Positions 49,760-58,325 of a stretch of 64,000 nt of DNA are shown here, piece by piece. The position numbers and the translations under genes were made by a program. How positions within the stretch are numbered: the stretch's first letter is position 1; the number at the start of each line of letters is the position of its first letter. Below the pieces are notes generated by a model, which was not told the origin of the DNA, did no database searches, and saw only the letters and a program-made list of their open reading frames with translations. This stretch comes from a virus. The DNA lies in IMG/VR virus record IMGVR_UViG_3300005841_000032, positions 32,001 to 96,000 of that record; one strand, given 5' to 3'.

Positions 49760-50298
49760 TTCTTTATGGCTTCTATATTTAATGAAACAAGCGCCCCATT
49801 ATCTTTATCCATGTGAGGCAAATATGCCTGAGCATGATCATCAATAGAAGCAGTATCAGTGTCGCGCCAATCATATCGCTTCATTAAGCCAAATCCAACT
49901 GATTCTAATGCATTAGCAAGTGAACGTTTATCCCAAATACTTTTATGAGATATTTTTTCATCCCCCATTTGCCAATTACCCATTATTGGCCCACTAATTT
50001 CTTCTATCCGAACTTTTCCACTAGAATATAATTCCGAGATAACTTCAAAATCGGGTACGGCTAAGCGCAATACTCCACCAACTTTCAGCACATCACACCA
50101 TTGTTGCAGCAATCTAACCGCCTCTTCAAATTCAAAATAATTCAAAAGATGACAGCAATAAATAGTGTCTACTGAATCAAAATCATATTCACATAACCAA
50201 ACATCATCGCTTACAACGTGTTCAAATGAAGTGTCGCCATCTATATGAATATATCCGGGATATTGCCTTTTCCCGCAGCCGACCGCTATCTTAATCAT
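49756..50298 (-). CDS. class I SAM methyltransferase (likely start MIKIAV)
   Basis: AVGCG, HID, VDTIYCCHLL, VLKVGGVLRLAVPD. Confidence 0.8.
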   Translation of the reverse strand: MIKIAVGCGKRQYPGYIHIDGDTSFEHVVSDDVWLCEYDFDSVDTIYCCHLLNYFEFEEAVRLLQQWCDVLKVGGVLRLAVPDFEVISELYSSGKVRIEEISGPIMGNWQMGDEKISHKSIWDKRSLANALESVGFGLMKRYDWRDTDTASIDDHAQAYLPHMDKDNGALVSLNIEAIKK

Positions 50299-50570
50299 GC
50301 CTCTGTCTTTAGTATCCAAATGCCAACATTTCCCTCTTTCTTGCTAAACCCTTTAAACTTAGTATTTGTCAATGGAGATTTGCCTACATCTATCAATGGC
50401 ATAATCACTTCCATTAATTGACCAAGTAATTTTAAATCGGTTTCAAACTTCTCCCATAATACTGTATCAATTTGGCCAGAAATATCTCCCTCTAAACTAT
50501 CATAATCTAGACCACAGATATAAGCCGCAAACTCTTCTAAGTCATACGGATGAATTTTTGCTATTTTCAT
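50295..50570 (-). CDS. hypothetical protein
   Basis: 91-aa ORF, coupled to neighbours. Confidence 0.5.
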   Translation of the reverse strand: MKIAKIHPYDLEEFAAYICGLDYDSLEGDISGQIDTVLWEKFETDLKLLGQLMEVIMPLIDVGKSPLTNTKFKGFSKKEGNVGIWILKTEA

Positions 50571-50776
50571 ATTTCAATTATGTTTTCTTTATCTATTGAA
50601 AATAAATCATGTCCACTATGAACTCCATTAATTTCAACTGTACAGAATTCAGGACGCGCCCATAAATCTATCCCTATATAAATCGCCTTAAATGGAGCCT
50701 TATATATTCTATCATAAGCAGCCAATACATCAACTTTAATAATATATTCAACGCCACGAATTAATTCTACTACCAT
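50567..50776 (-). CDS. hypothetical protein
   Basis: 69-aa ORF, coupled to neighbours. Confidence 0.45.
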   Translation of the reverse strand: MVVELIRGVEYIIKVDVLAAYDRIYKAPFKAIYIGIDLWARPEFCTVEINGVHSGHDLFSIDKENIIEI

Positions 50777-52272
50777 ATTGCTATAAAATTGCCCTCAGCT
50801 TCCCCCTCTATATCAGGTAATATCTTAAATGTATCTGGATATTGTTCCTTTATTAATTCAAGTGAAGGAATGGTAGCATTTGAAGTAATATATCCATGTT
50901 CACAATTCAAGGCTATATTCTTAATGTATTCAGTTTGTAACGGTTCCTGAATTTCACTTAATGCATAATTGCTAATAAAAAAATGCCCACCAGAAATAGA
51001 GACACAATATGCATCCTTATAATTACTTTGATTATATAAATCTACATCTACTAAACCAACTTCTTTTAAATATCGCTTTTGCAATTCATTGACTTCCGGC
51101 AAATCAATAATTTCATAAGTATGCCAATTGCATATTTTACTTAAAGCCCAACATTGACCGCCGTAACCCCCACCTATTTCAATAATACTTAGCCCATCTG
51201 GAATTTCTTTTTGCTTCCACTCATTTCTATATAACCAACTTATTTTAGATGCAATGGCTAAATACTGAACTGTTGTTGGCGATGTATAAAATGATTCTAT
51301 TCTTGATTTAGTTGACACGAAAATAGAATCACTTATTAATTGTTTCTTTATAGGGTCTCCAATAGAATCATTTTGCCGCGCATAATTTTCAGCAAGCCAA
51401 ATATCATTATTATATTTCAATATTTTAAAATACTCTTCGCCCAACCTAACAGAAGTATGTTCTAAAACATAATTATAATCTGGATGACTCTTGAATGTAG
51501 CAAATACGCTTTCGTCAGTTGCAGCTCTCTTACAAATATCAAGATATGCTCTAATCTTATCCTTTGGAGGATTCCAACTTGTATTTTGTGTAATTAATCC
51601 TTTCTGTTCCATTTCTTTTATAATTTCTTGCGGAATGCCATTTAAATTATAAGCAAATATGTCGTGACGAGTTACGCCTTCATTTGTGTAAATCGGTGCA
51701 TCTTCACGTGTCATTCCTACATTCTTAAATTCATCGTCCACCTTTCTCTGACATTCAAAATCCCATGGCGATAAATTAGGCGTCAAATATCGCAATAGAT
51801 ACTCTCTATTCCAAATTGCAGGTTGTGTAGATAGCCTATATTGCGATCTTGGAGGGGTTTGATAAATGTTTATATCGTCTATTGTTTCAAATGGCAAGGT
51901 GTGATGCTGCTGATTTTCTCCTGTTAGCTCTATTCGACCAATAGAATTATTTTGGAATAGTTTATAGAGGACTTCTAATCTATCTAATCTTACGGTCTCC
52001 CTAATGAAAGAATCTTCAAAAAACCAAAAAAACAATTTCTCTTGCCTTGCAAAATATGGCCTCAGGTCATTAGAAAAATCTTTCTTATTGCCACTTTGCT
52101 TGCCAAGCGATACAAATGTGAAATTTTCAGGCAGTTCTATGTCTGGCTTTTTATATCCTACTATTTCGACGCGTTGATCTGGGTCATTCCAGTATGTTTG
52201 ATACAAATGAATCCAGATAGGAACTATATGCGCATAAGCGTCACTAGTGCTTACAATAAGGAGTGGTTTCAA
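50770..52272 (-). CDS. fusion: GT-A-like domain + putative sugar O-methyltransferase
   Basis: N-half FFEDSF, STQPAIW, SPWDFE; C-half IEIGGGYGG, IIDLP, ISNYALSE. Confidence 0.65.
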   Translation of the reverse strand: MKPLLIVSTSDAYAHIVPIWIHLYQTYWNDPDQRVEIVGYKKPDIELPENFTFVSLGKQSGNKKDFSNDLRPYFARQEKLFFWFFEDSFIRETVRLDRLEVLYKLFQNNSIGRIELTGENQQHHTLPFETIDDINIYQTPPRSQYRLSTQPAIWNREYLLRYLTPNLSPWDFECQRKVDDEFKNVGMTREDAPIYTNEGVTRHDIFAYNLNGIPQEIIKEMEQKGLITQNTSWNPPKDKIRAYLDICKRAATDESVFATFKSHPDYNYVLEHTSVRLGEEYFKILKYNNDIWLAENYARQNDSIGDPIKKQLISDSIFVSTKSRIESFYTSPTTVQYLAIASKISWLYRNEWKQKEIPDGLSIIEIGGGYGGQCWALSKICNWHTYEIIDLPEVNELQKRYLKEVGLVDVDLYNQSNYKDAYCVSISGGHFFISNYALSEIQEPLQTEYIKNIALNCEHGYITSNATIPSLELIKEQYPDTFKILPDIEGEAEGNFIAIW

Positions 52273-52679
52273 TCTATAAATGTTTTATCTATTGTTTGAC
52301 CTTCATATTTACCAGTCTTATATTCGAGTATAGTAGAATCCTCAAGTATTGTATAATTATGGCCGCAAGAAAAAGTAAACGATGAATCTCCCGCATTTAA
52401 TATTGGCTCTGCTATAATTGAATTATCCATGTCATAAAAATGGCATTGCACTGTGCCACTCAAAAGATGCCAAGATTCTTGCGCAATCACTAACCACTCT
52501 CTCCATCTACCATTGTGTTTGTGGGGCCTGAAAGTAGTTCCTGCTTTTAATTGTAATGCTGCACACTGAATAAATTGATCTGAATCAACTAAATCTTGAC
52601 GACCTTCCTTAAAATCTTCTTTTCTAAAAACCAAATGAAGCAACAATTCTGGTTTAATATTAGAATATATTTTCTCCAT
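52269..52679 (-). CDS. cupin-fold sugar isomerase-like protein (WbuC-like)
   Basis: PHKH, QESW, GHNY, EYKTG cupin metal ligands. Confidence 0.65.
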   Translation of the reverse strand: MEKIYSNIKPELLLHLVFRKEDFKEGRQDLVDSDQFIQCAALQLKAGTTFRPHKHNGRWREWLVIAQESWHLLSGTVQCHFYDMDNSIIAEPILNAGDSSFTFSCGHNYTILEDSTILEYKTGKYEGQTIDKTFID

Positions 52680-52681
52680 TT

Positions 52682-52921
52682 TTATTTCAATGTATCTCCT
52701 ACTTCATAATTTTTAGCAATGCTGTTCGCAAATTGATCTGAGTTAAGCGTTGCCATTCGACCCGCAGAATCTCTCAATATAATAGTACAATAAGTTGTTC
52801 CTGAATAATTATTGCAATCTTCTGCAACAACTATAATAGGTCTTTTCATACCGCCAACTCTTTGTTCAAAGGTTATATTGCAACCAAAACAAATAAGTAC
52901 TAACAGTAATATCGTTTTCAT
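52682..52921 (-). CDS. small putative lipoprotein
   Basis: MKTILLLVLICFGC lipobox-like. Confidence 0.5.
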   Translation of the reverse strand: MKTILLLVLICFGCNITFEQRVGGMKRPIIVVAEDCNNYSGTTYCTIILRDSAGRMATLNSDQFANSIAKNYEVGDTLK

Positions 52922-53223
52922 TTTATATCTATTTGAAATGATGATGTTGAATAATATTTTACTGGATGTTTGCTTTTATACTTTATTGTGTCGCCGGTTA
53001 TCTCAAACTCATACCCTTCTCTTTTTAAATTGTCTATGAATTCTTGTTGCTGTTTCATTAGTTCACCTTTCAGTCTCAAGTTATTCGCGCAACACTCATG
53101 GTGATAAAAATAAGGATTGCCGGGACTATCGTAACTATGTGGATAATGATAACTGCCAACCTCATTTAAATTTTGAGGATTGACAAACTTACCGCAATAA
53201 TAACAATTAGGCAATAGTGCCAT
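52918..53223 (-). CDS. hypothetical protein, possible Zn ribbon
   Basis: CYYC...HHECC. Confidence 0.5.
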   Translation of the reverse strand: MALLPNCYYCGKFVNPQNLNEVGSYHYPHSYDSPGNPYFYHHECCANNLRLKGELMKQQQEFIDNLKREGYEFEITGDTIKYKSKHPVKYYSTSSFQIDIK

Positions 53224-53910
53224 TTGCTTTTAATCTTTCTAAAACCTTTTTATGGTACCCTCTAGTGCATTTGCCAACATAAACATCAAATACCGATCCC
53301 ATATCTAGAAAAGTATGTTTGTCTCCAAACTCATTATACAAAACATCTATCATAAAATTAGCTGGCATTGAGGCGACAAACAAAACTACTACATTCTTAT
53401 TCAAGAATAATAATCGCTTTACTCTATCTAAAATTTTTTCTCTTTCTAACCAACAATTCTTTTCAGGTATTTCAATATGTAAGTTATAGAACTTTCCTAA
53501 GTTTTCCAAATACTTCGGCCCAACAAGTATAACTGGATCATCACGCTTCGTTAATAAATCAAAAAATTGATCAAAATATCCTTTTATACTTGCATGGTGA
53601 AAAACATCAGCATTTACCCAATTGAGATTTTCAAGATCATTATCTTTTAAAAATTTCTCTATTTGCTTAGGGTAGCGGTCCTCTTTTGCAAATCGCTGCA
53701 TTCCCAAATAATATTTTGGCTTGCTTTTAAGTACATTAGTTAATGCTTCGCCCATATCCTTAAAATAAATATGACCATCTGTATTCTTGTAATTTTCTCC
53801 ATCTATTTGGAGTAATGCATTCCATTCTCCTTTCAACCGTCCCCCCACCTAGAAAAGGCGAGAGGACGCTTAAGGATTAAATTGTTAATAATTGTTTCAA
53901 AATCATTCAT
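53207..53910 (-). CDS. GT-D-fold (DUF1792-like) glycosyltransferase split by an 8-nt gap (recoded or pseudogene)
   Basis: 25 codons ending FSRWGDG-TGA; after 8 nt the frame resumes EWNALL...FLDMGSVFD. Confidence 0.7.
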
Positions 53911-54428
53911 ATATAAATCTAAATTCTTTATAAGTATTTCTTTTTTCTTGAATTGCTTTGCCAACCATATATATTGACAAATTAATTGCTCTAGCATGAT
54001 TACCACTGATATAATTACCCAAAATGTCTCCATTCATATTGCATACGGTAATAGATCTATAATTTTTCCTATGATGTCCAGCATTAATAGCATGATTCGT
54101 ATTTTCTTTTGGCGTTAGCCATTTCTAAGTTAGTAGAACTATTATTTAATTTATTTAAATCAATATGATTAACTTCTGTTTTATTTATTAAATCATCATT
54201 TTTAACAAATGCTTTAGCAACAAGCCTATGAACCGATCTAGTTACTTGTTTATTTCCATTTCTCATTTTAACAATTAAATAGCCATTATGTAATTGCTGC
54301 TTGATATTTACATTCAATTGCATCTTATTCATTTTAGAACCGCGAATAAATCTTTGAATGTTGCCTAAATTACTTACTTTATAAAAGGGAACCTCTTCAA
54401 CGATTCTCCAAATTTCTTCTTCACTCAT
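53903..54428 (-). pseudogene. NUMOD4-HNH-NUMOD1 homing endonuclease with a +1 frameshift
   Basis: YKVSNLG, VHRLVA, VNHID..KLNN; removing one A at 54122-54124 restores NLEWLTPKENTNHA and a C-terminal domain ending at 53903. Confidence 0.8.
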
Positions 54429-54766
54429 TTATTCGCTTTAGGCTTTACTTCTTTCTTTTTCTTTTGATATGCAATGGTACTATCTGTTACGCTCAATAAT
54501 TTTTCTACTTCTGCAAGTGGCGTATTTGAGTCTACTATAATCTTAATATCCTCCATGTACAAAGAGTCAATATTCCTGCCTACTTTTTCATACTGAGCTT
54601 TCAGTAATTTTTGCTGATTCTTATATACTTGTAATTTTGCTTTCTGGTACTCAGTTAAAACAATTACGCTTATTGTATCGTTTTTAACTTCTTTGTTTTT
54701 CTTTTGAGCAAATAATACATTGCAAGTTACAATTTGCAAAACGATCAACACTAGTATTTTTTTCAT
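54425..54766 (-). CDS. secreted hypothetical protein
   Basis: Signal-peptide-like MKKILVLIVLQIVTCNVLFAQ. Confidence 0.55.
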   Translation of the reverse strand: MKKILVLIVLQIVTCNVLFAQKKNKEVKNDTISVIVLTEYQKAKLQVYKNQQKLLKAQYEKVGRNIDSLYMEDIKIIVDSNTPLAEVEKLLSVTDSTIAYQKKKKEVKPKANK

Positions 54767-54975
54767 TCTATAGTTATTTTATTTTGTTTTCTCCATTCAA
54801 TAAGACATGCTTCAAGTCCAATAAATGATTCTATTAGTTTCATCATTGGAGTAGTATAAGATCGTCTATAATCTCTTTCCGAAAATAATTGCGGTGTATA
54901 GTTTTTCAATTCTTTAGGCCATTGATAACGATTCAGGTCGCACCACATTTTAGCCAATTTATCTTCCTTTTTCAT
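54763..54975 (-). CDS. hypothetical protein
   Basis: 70-aa ORF, coupled. Confidence 0.45.
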   Translation of the reverse strand: MKKEDKLAKMWCDLNRYQWPKELKNYTPQLFSERDYRRSYTTPMMKLIESFIGLEACLIEWRKQNKITIE

Positions 54976-55036
54976 TTAATTTCTATATAATGTTTCGTTT
55001 GATTAAAATTTTTCATTGCCCCTTTAATCCATTATA

Positions 55037-55207
55037 TTAATTGTTCCCATTATCAAAGTAACTTCTTATTCCCATATAGCATGCAATAAATATTAATAGT
55101 ACTATTATAACCACGGATACATTTGCTGCAATATCATCATATTTAATCATAAGAGATATAAGCCCAACCGTTATAAATATAACGCCTGTAGTTTTTAAAT
55201 CTTTCAT
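55037..55207 (-). CDS. 56-aa two-TM membrane protein (absent from the ORF track)
   Basis: MKDLKTTGVIFITVGLISLMIK...; ATG overlaps the upstream stop. Confidence 0.45.
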   Translation of the reverse strand: MKDLKTTGVIFITVGLISLMIKYDDIAANVSVVIIVLLIFIACYMGIRSYFDNGNN

Positions 55208-55818
55208 TGTCCTTTCAATCCGTTATTTCCCGTTCTAACTACTACTATTGGTTCGAACTTCAAAGTTAATACTTTTTCTACATCTTTTATCCATCTATAA
55301 TCTGCTGCCTTATACCCATCCCAATTAGCTATATTATTTTTACTATGATGCAAAAATAAACAAGGTGCGCCTATTTTACCTTTAACTATCTTTTTATTTT
55401 CTATAAAATCTTGTGGTGGTTTTGGTCTGCCTTTCCGCAACATCTGACAAATTACTCCTTCTTCTGGATTTGTTAACTTTGTCGAGATCGTCTCAAGGGA
55501 AAGACGGCTAAATAGAAAATCATCGTTGTCCAGAAATAAAAACCAGCCTTCGTTAACTAAATTCTTTAATTGATTAGAATAAAGATTCCAATAGAAGGGG
55601 TAATTCCTGTCTATCTCGGCATCGATTATCCTAACATTAAAAGAATCATTCTCTGTCTGTTTTTCAGCATCTTTCCTTGCTTCTTCTGAATCACAGCAAA
55701 TTATAACATTTAAATTTTTTACTATTGTTTGTTCTCTGACCGAATGTAAACAACGTCCCAATAATTCAGGACGATATTTATTGCGAATGAGAACGTTTAT
55801 TAGGGGCTGACCGATCAT
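55204..55818 (-). CDS. GT2 glycosyltransferase
   Basis: INVLIR, SVREQT, FLFLDNDD, ADYRW. Confidence 0.8.
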   Translation of the reverse strand: MIGQPLINVLIRNKYRPELLGRCLHSVREQTIVKNLNVIICCDSEEARKDAEKQTENDSFNVRIIDAEIDRNYPFYWNLYSNQLKNLVNEGWFLFLDNDDFLFSRLSLETISTKLTNPEEGVICQMLRKGRPKPPQDFIENKKIVKGKIGAPCLFLHHSKNNIANWDGYKAADYRWIKDVEKVLTLKFEPIVVVRTGNNGLKGQ

Positions 55819-56288
55819 TTCAATACCAATTCAGACTCTTTAACTAATTTGGTATTAAATCGTTCTATTACCAATTCAGCAGTAAATTTACTGCCGCCTT
55901 TTCCAGTACATGACTTAGAACAATATGGCCCCGCTTTACCTCTTTTTCTTTCAGTTAATACCCAATGTGCCTTTTCTCCTTCCCTGATAACATCTTTGTC
56001 GCAAACAGGACATATAAAGCCTACCATTAATCTTTCAGCGTCTTGCAAAACATGAGTCAATCTATCTACAATTCTTAAATTACTTAATTCATCATTAGTA
56101 AAATCTTGATCTATATGATCAATAGTTTCATTGCCCATCAATTTTCTACCAATATGATGTTCAACTAGAAATTTTGGATAGCTAACAGTTGTGCGCTTCC
56201 CATTATTATCGATGCAAATATGCTTACGTCCATCCTTTCTTAAATAAGGCCCATTTATATGGCCTGTATATAAATTACTTTTAATCAT
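55815..56288 (-). CDS. HNH homing endonuclease with C-terminal Zn finger
   Basis: IDHIDQDFTNDELSNL; CPVC...YCSKSC. Confidence 0.8.
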   Translation of the reverse strand: MIKSNLYTGHINGPYLRKDGRKHICIDNNGKRTTVSYPKFLVEHHIGRKLMGNETIDHIDQDFTNDELSNLRIVDRLTHVLQDAERLMVGFICPVCDKDVIREGEKAHWVLTERKRGKAGPYCSKSCTGKGGSKFTAELVIERFNTKLVKESELVLK

Positions 56289-56292
56289 ATTG

Positions 56293-56379
56293 TGCCCCGG
56301 GAAAGAATTGAACTTTCACGATCATTACTGATCACAGAATTTTAAGTTCTGCTTGTACTACCATTTTCAACACCGGGGC
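56293..56379 (-). tRNA. tRNA-Leu(TAA)
   Basis: GCCCCGG acceptor, CAGAA-CTTAAAA-TTCTG anticodon arm, long variable arm, GTTCAATTC T-loop. Confidence 0.88.
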
Positions 56380-56493
56380 AAAAATAAACAAAGAAGCTCT
56401 ACTCTGTTGGTCTTTTTACAAGGGCTGGAATGTGACACCTTTTCTCTGTTTAAATACAGACGCGCTCTCTGTTATACATGCGTAATTAAGAAG

Positions 56494-56567
56494 TAGCGGG
56501 AGCCAGACTCGAACTGGCGCATAAAAGCTTATGAGGCTTTCCTTCTACCAACTGAAAGTATCCCGCG
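56494..56567 (-). tRNA. tRNA-Met(CAT), initiator-like acceptor stem
   Basis: CGCGGGA...TCCCGCT-A with a 1:72 mismatch, AAAGC-CTCATAA-GCTTT, GTTCGAGTC. Confidence 0.85.
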
Positions 56568-56797
56568 ATGTAAAAAAACAAGTGACTGTATGTTTCTAAC
56601 TAATTTGGTTAGATGCCATTAACCCTACAGGTAGGTAATTGCCTATTGACAATATTTTCGCACCACTTGTTTTATTTTTCATATTTCAAAATTAATCTAA
56701 AATATCATTCCAACAAAATAAACTATACAATAAGCTAAAATTCCTCCAGTTGAAATAGTAAAAATGGGCAATAGTGTTTCCCATGTATTTTCTATAG

Positions 56798-57130
56798 CTA
56801 CCATTCTTCTATGCTTGGCTCTGGCTTTAAGTGAGTATGTTTTTCGTTTTTGCATATTGTAGAGATTATCGTTGTTTCTCTCTTATCTAAGTCATTAATA
56901 AAAATTATCAACCCCGTATCAGTATTTTCAAACCAAACTGAATAAAGATCATCTTTACTGCCATTACTTAATACTAAATATTGCTTATTTCTTTTCTCTA
57001 ATTTCAAATGCAAATCAATCGATTGAGATATAATATGTAATGAATCTTTATCTGCAAATAATCCTACTCTTTCATATTTGCATTGCTGTCCATTTCCTAA
57101 AACTACATATAGCCAAAGAATAAATCGCAT
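56798..57130 (-). CDS. hypothetical protein
   Basis: 110-aa ORF between tRNAs. Confidence 0.5.
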   Translation of the reverse strand: MRFILWLYVVLGNGQQCKYERVGLFADKDSLHIISQSIDLHLKLEKRNKQYLVLSNGSKDDLYSVWFENTDTGLIIFINDLDKRETTIISTICKNEKHTHLKPEPSIEEW

Positions 57131-57140
57131 TCAATTTTTG

Positions 57141-57215
57141 AGCCCGTGGATGGAATCGAACCACCGACCTGTTGCTTACAAGGCAAACGCTCTAACCTAC
57201 TGAGCTACATCGGGC
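57141..57215 (-). tRNA. tRNA-Thr(TGT)
   Basis: TAGCTCAGTAGGTTAGAGC D-arm, CTTGTAA anticodon loop, GGTTCGATTCC. Confidence 0.85.
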
Positions 57216-57368
57216 AATACACTGATTCTTTCTGTTTTAATTCCGTCAAATATAACTTCTACTTTCTTCAATTCAAACTTCTTTTCTTCAACTGCTTTCT
57301 TTTTCTTCACTTCTTCTTTGAAGAATTGCGGAATGATTCGTGTTTGCTGTTCTTGTTTCATGTTTGAA

Positions 57369-58325
57369 TTATTTAAAAATACCATATTTGCGACTTAAAT
57401 TTATACCATTACAATGACTTATCCAGCCATTATACGCGGCTACCGAATACTCATTCCTATTACTCTTAATCATTCGTTTAAAGTTCTCTTTTATACTTTT
57501 ACGCAACAAAGAATAGTCAGGGAATATTTTATAACCTAAGAAATCGATTCCTCTATCTTTTACCGGAAACACTTGATAATTATTCTTTATTTCCAATTTC
57601 AAATTATCCCATAAATACACTTGAATATCTTCTCGCAGGTTATGAAGCCAATGTTTATCGTGATGCAGTATTAAAATGTCGTCACAATATCTAAACAAAT
57701 ATTTTACCCGTCTATCTTCTTTCAACCAATGATCAAAATATGTAAGGTAAAAATTAGCAAATAGGCCACTCAGGTAATTGCCTATCGGTAAGCCCGTTCC
57801 GCTATCTATAATTTCATCTAATAGCCATAATAGCTTTCCATCTTTAAATTTTCGTCTCAGCAATTGTTTAAGTATTTCATTTGAGACATTTGGAAAGTAT
57901 TTCTTAATATCCAATTTTAATGCATACTTGGTTTCTTCTTTATTCCATAAAGCCGCTTTAACATCATAATATCCTCGATGAATTCCTCTACCAACAACGC
58001 AACTATACGTATTAGCTATAAATGATTTAGTTAGAATATCACCTATAACATTAACTATTGCATGATGACAGATACGATCCGGATAATATGGAAGACGCGC
58101 TATATCTCTTGCCTTTGGCTCATAAATAGTGAAGTAAGAATATTCAGAAGTTTTATAAGTCATTTCTTTTAAACTTCGCTGCAAATCCTTAATATTCTCA
58201 TCTTCTTGCTTTCGATGTTCAATTACATCTCTATTCCATTTCTTCCCACGACTCGCATTTTTATCCGCCAACTTAAGATTATCTAAATCATAAATTTGCT
58301 CATATAAATTGCCAACTCTCTTCAT
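57369..58325 (-). CDS. DGR reverse transcriptase
   Basis: 318 aa; MKRVGNLYE, YPDRICHHA, KLDIKKYF, GLPIGNYLSG, RYCDD, IDFLGY; adjacent TR/VR pair. Confidence 0.93.
   Translation of the reverse strand: MKRVGNLYEQIYDLDNLKLADKNASRGKKWNRDVIEHRKQEDENIKDLQRSLKEMTYKTSEYSYFTIYEPKARDIARLPYYPDRICHHAIVNVIGDILTKSFIANTYSCVVGRGIHRGYYDVKAALWNKEETKYALKLDIKKYFPNVSNEILKQLLRRKFKDGKLLWLLDEIIDSGTGLPIGNYLSGLFANFYLTYFDHWLKEDRRVKYLFRYCDDILILHHDKHWLHNLREDIQVYLWDNLKLEIKNNYQVFPVKDRGIDFLGYKIFPDYSLLRKSIKENFKRMIKSNRNEYSVAAYNGWISHCNGINLSRKYGIFK

Noticed and set aside
53828-53838. TGA reassignment/readthrough or an intron explaining the GT-D split
   Set aside because: The downstream part is in a different frame, TGA ends many other genes normally, and 8 nt is too short for a self-splicing intron.
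53833-54033. 66-aa ORF METFWVII as a real gene
   Set aside because: Its 5' part overlaps the restored HNH C-terminus in another frame; only the last 25 codons (from ATG 53910) belong to the GT.
56390-56490. Fourth tRNA between Leu and Met
   Set aside because: Only a TCTGT/ACAGA hairpin; no T-loop or acceptor stem.
57369-58325. RT as a group II intron, retron or Abi RT
   Set aside because: Short, with no maturase/endonuclease extension; the adjacent adenine-specific TR/VR pair identifies a DGR.
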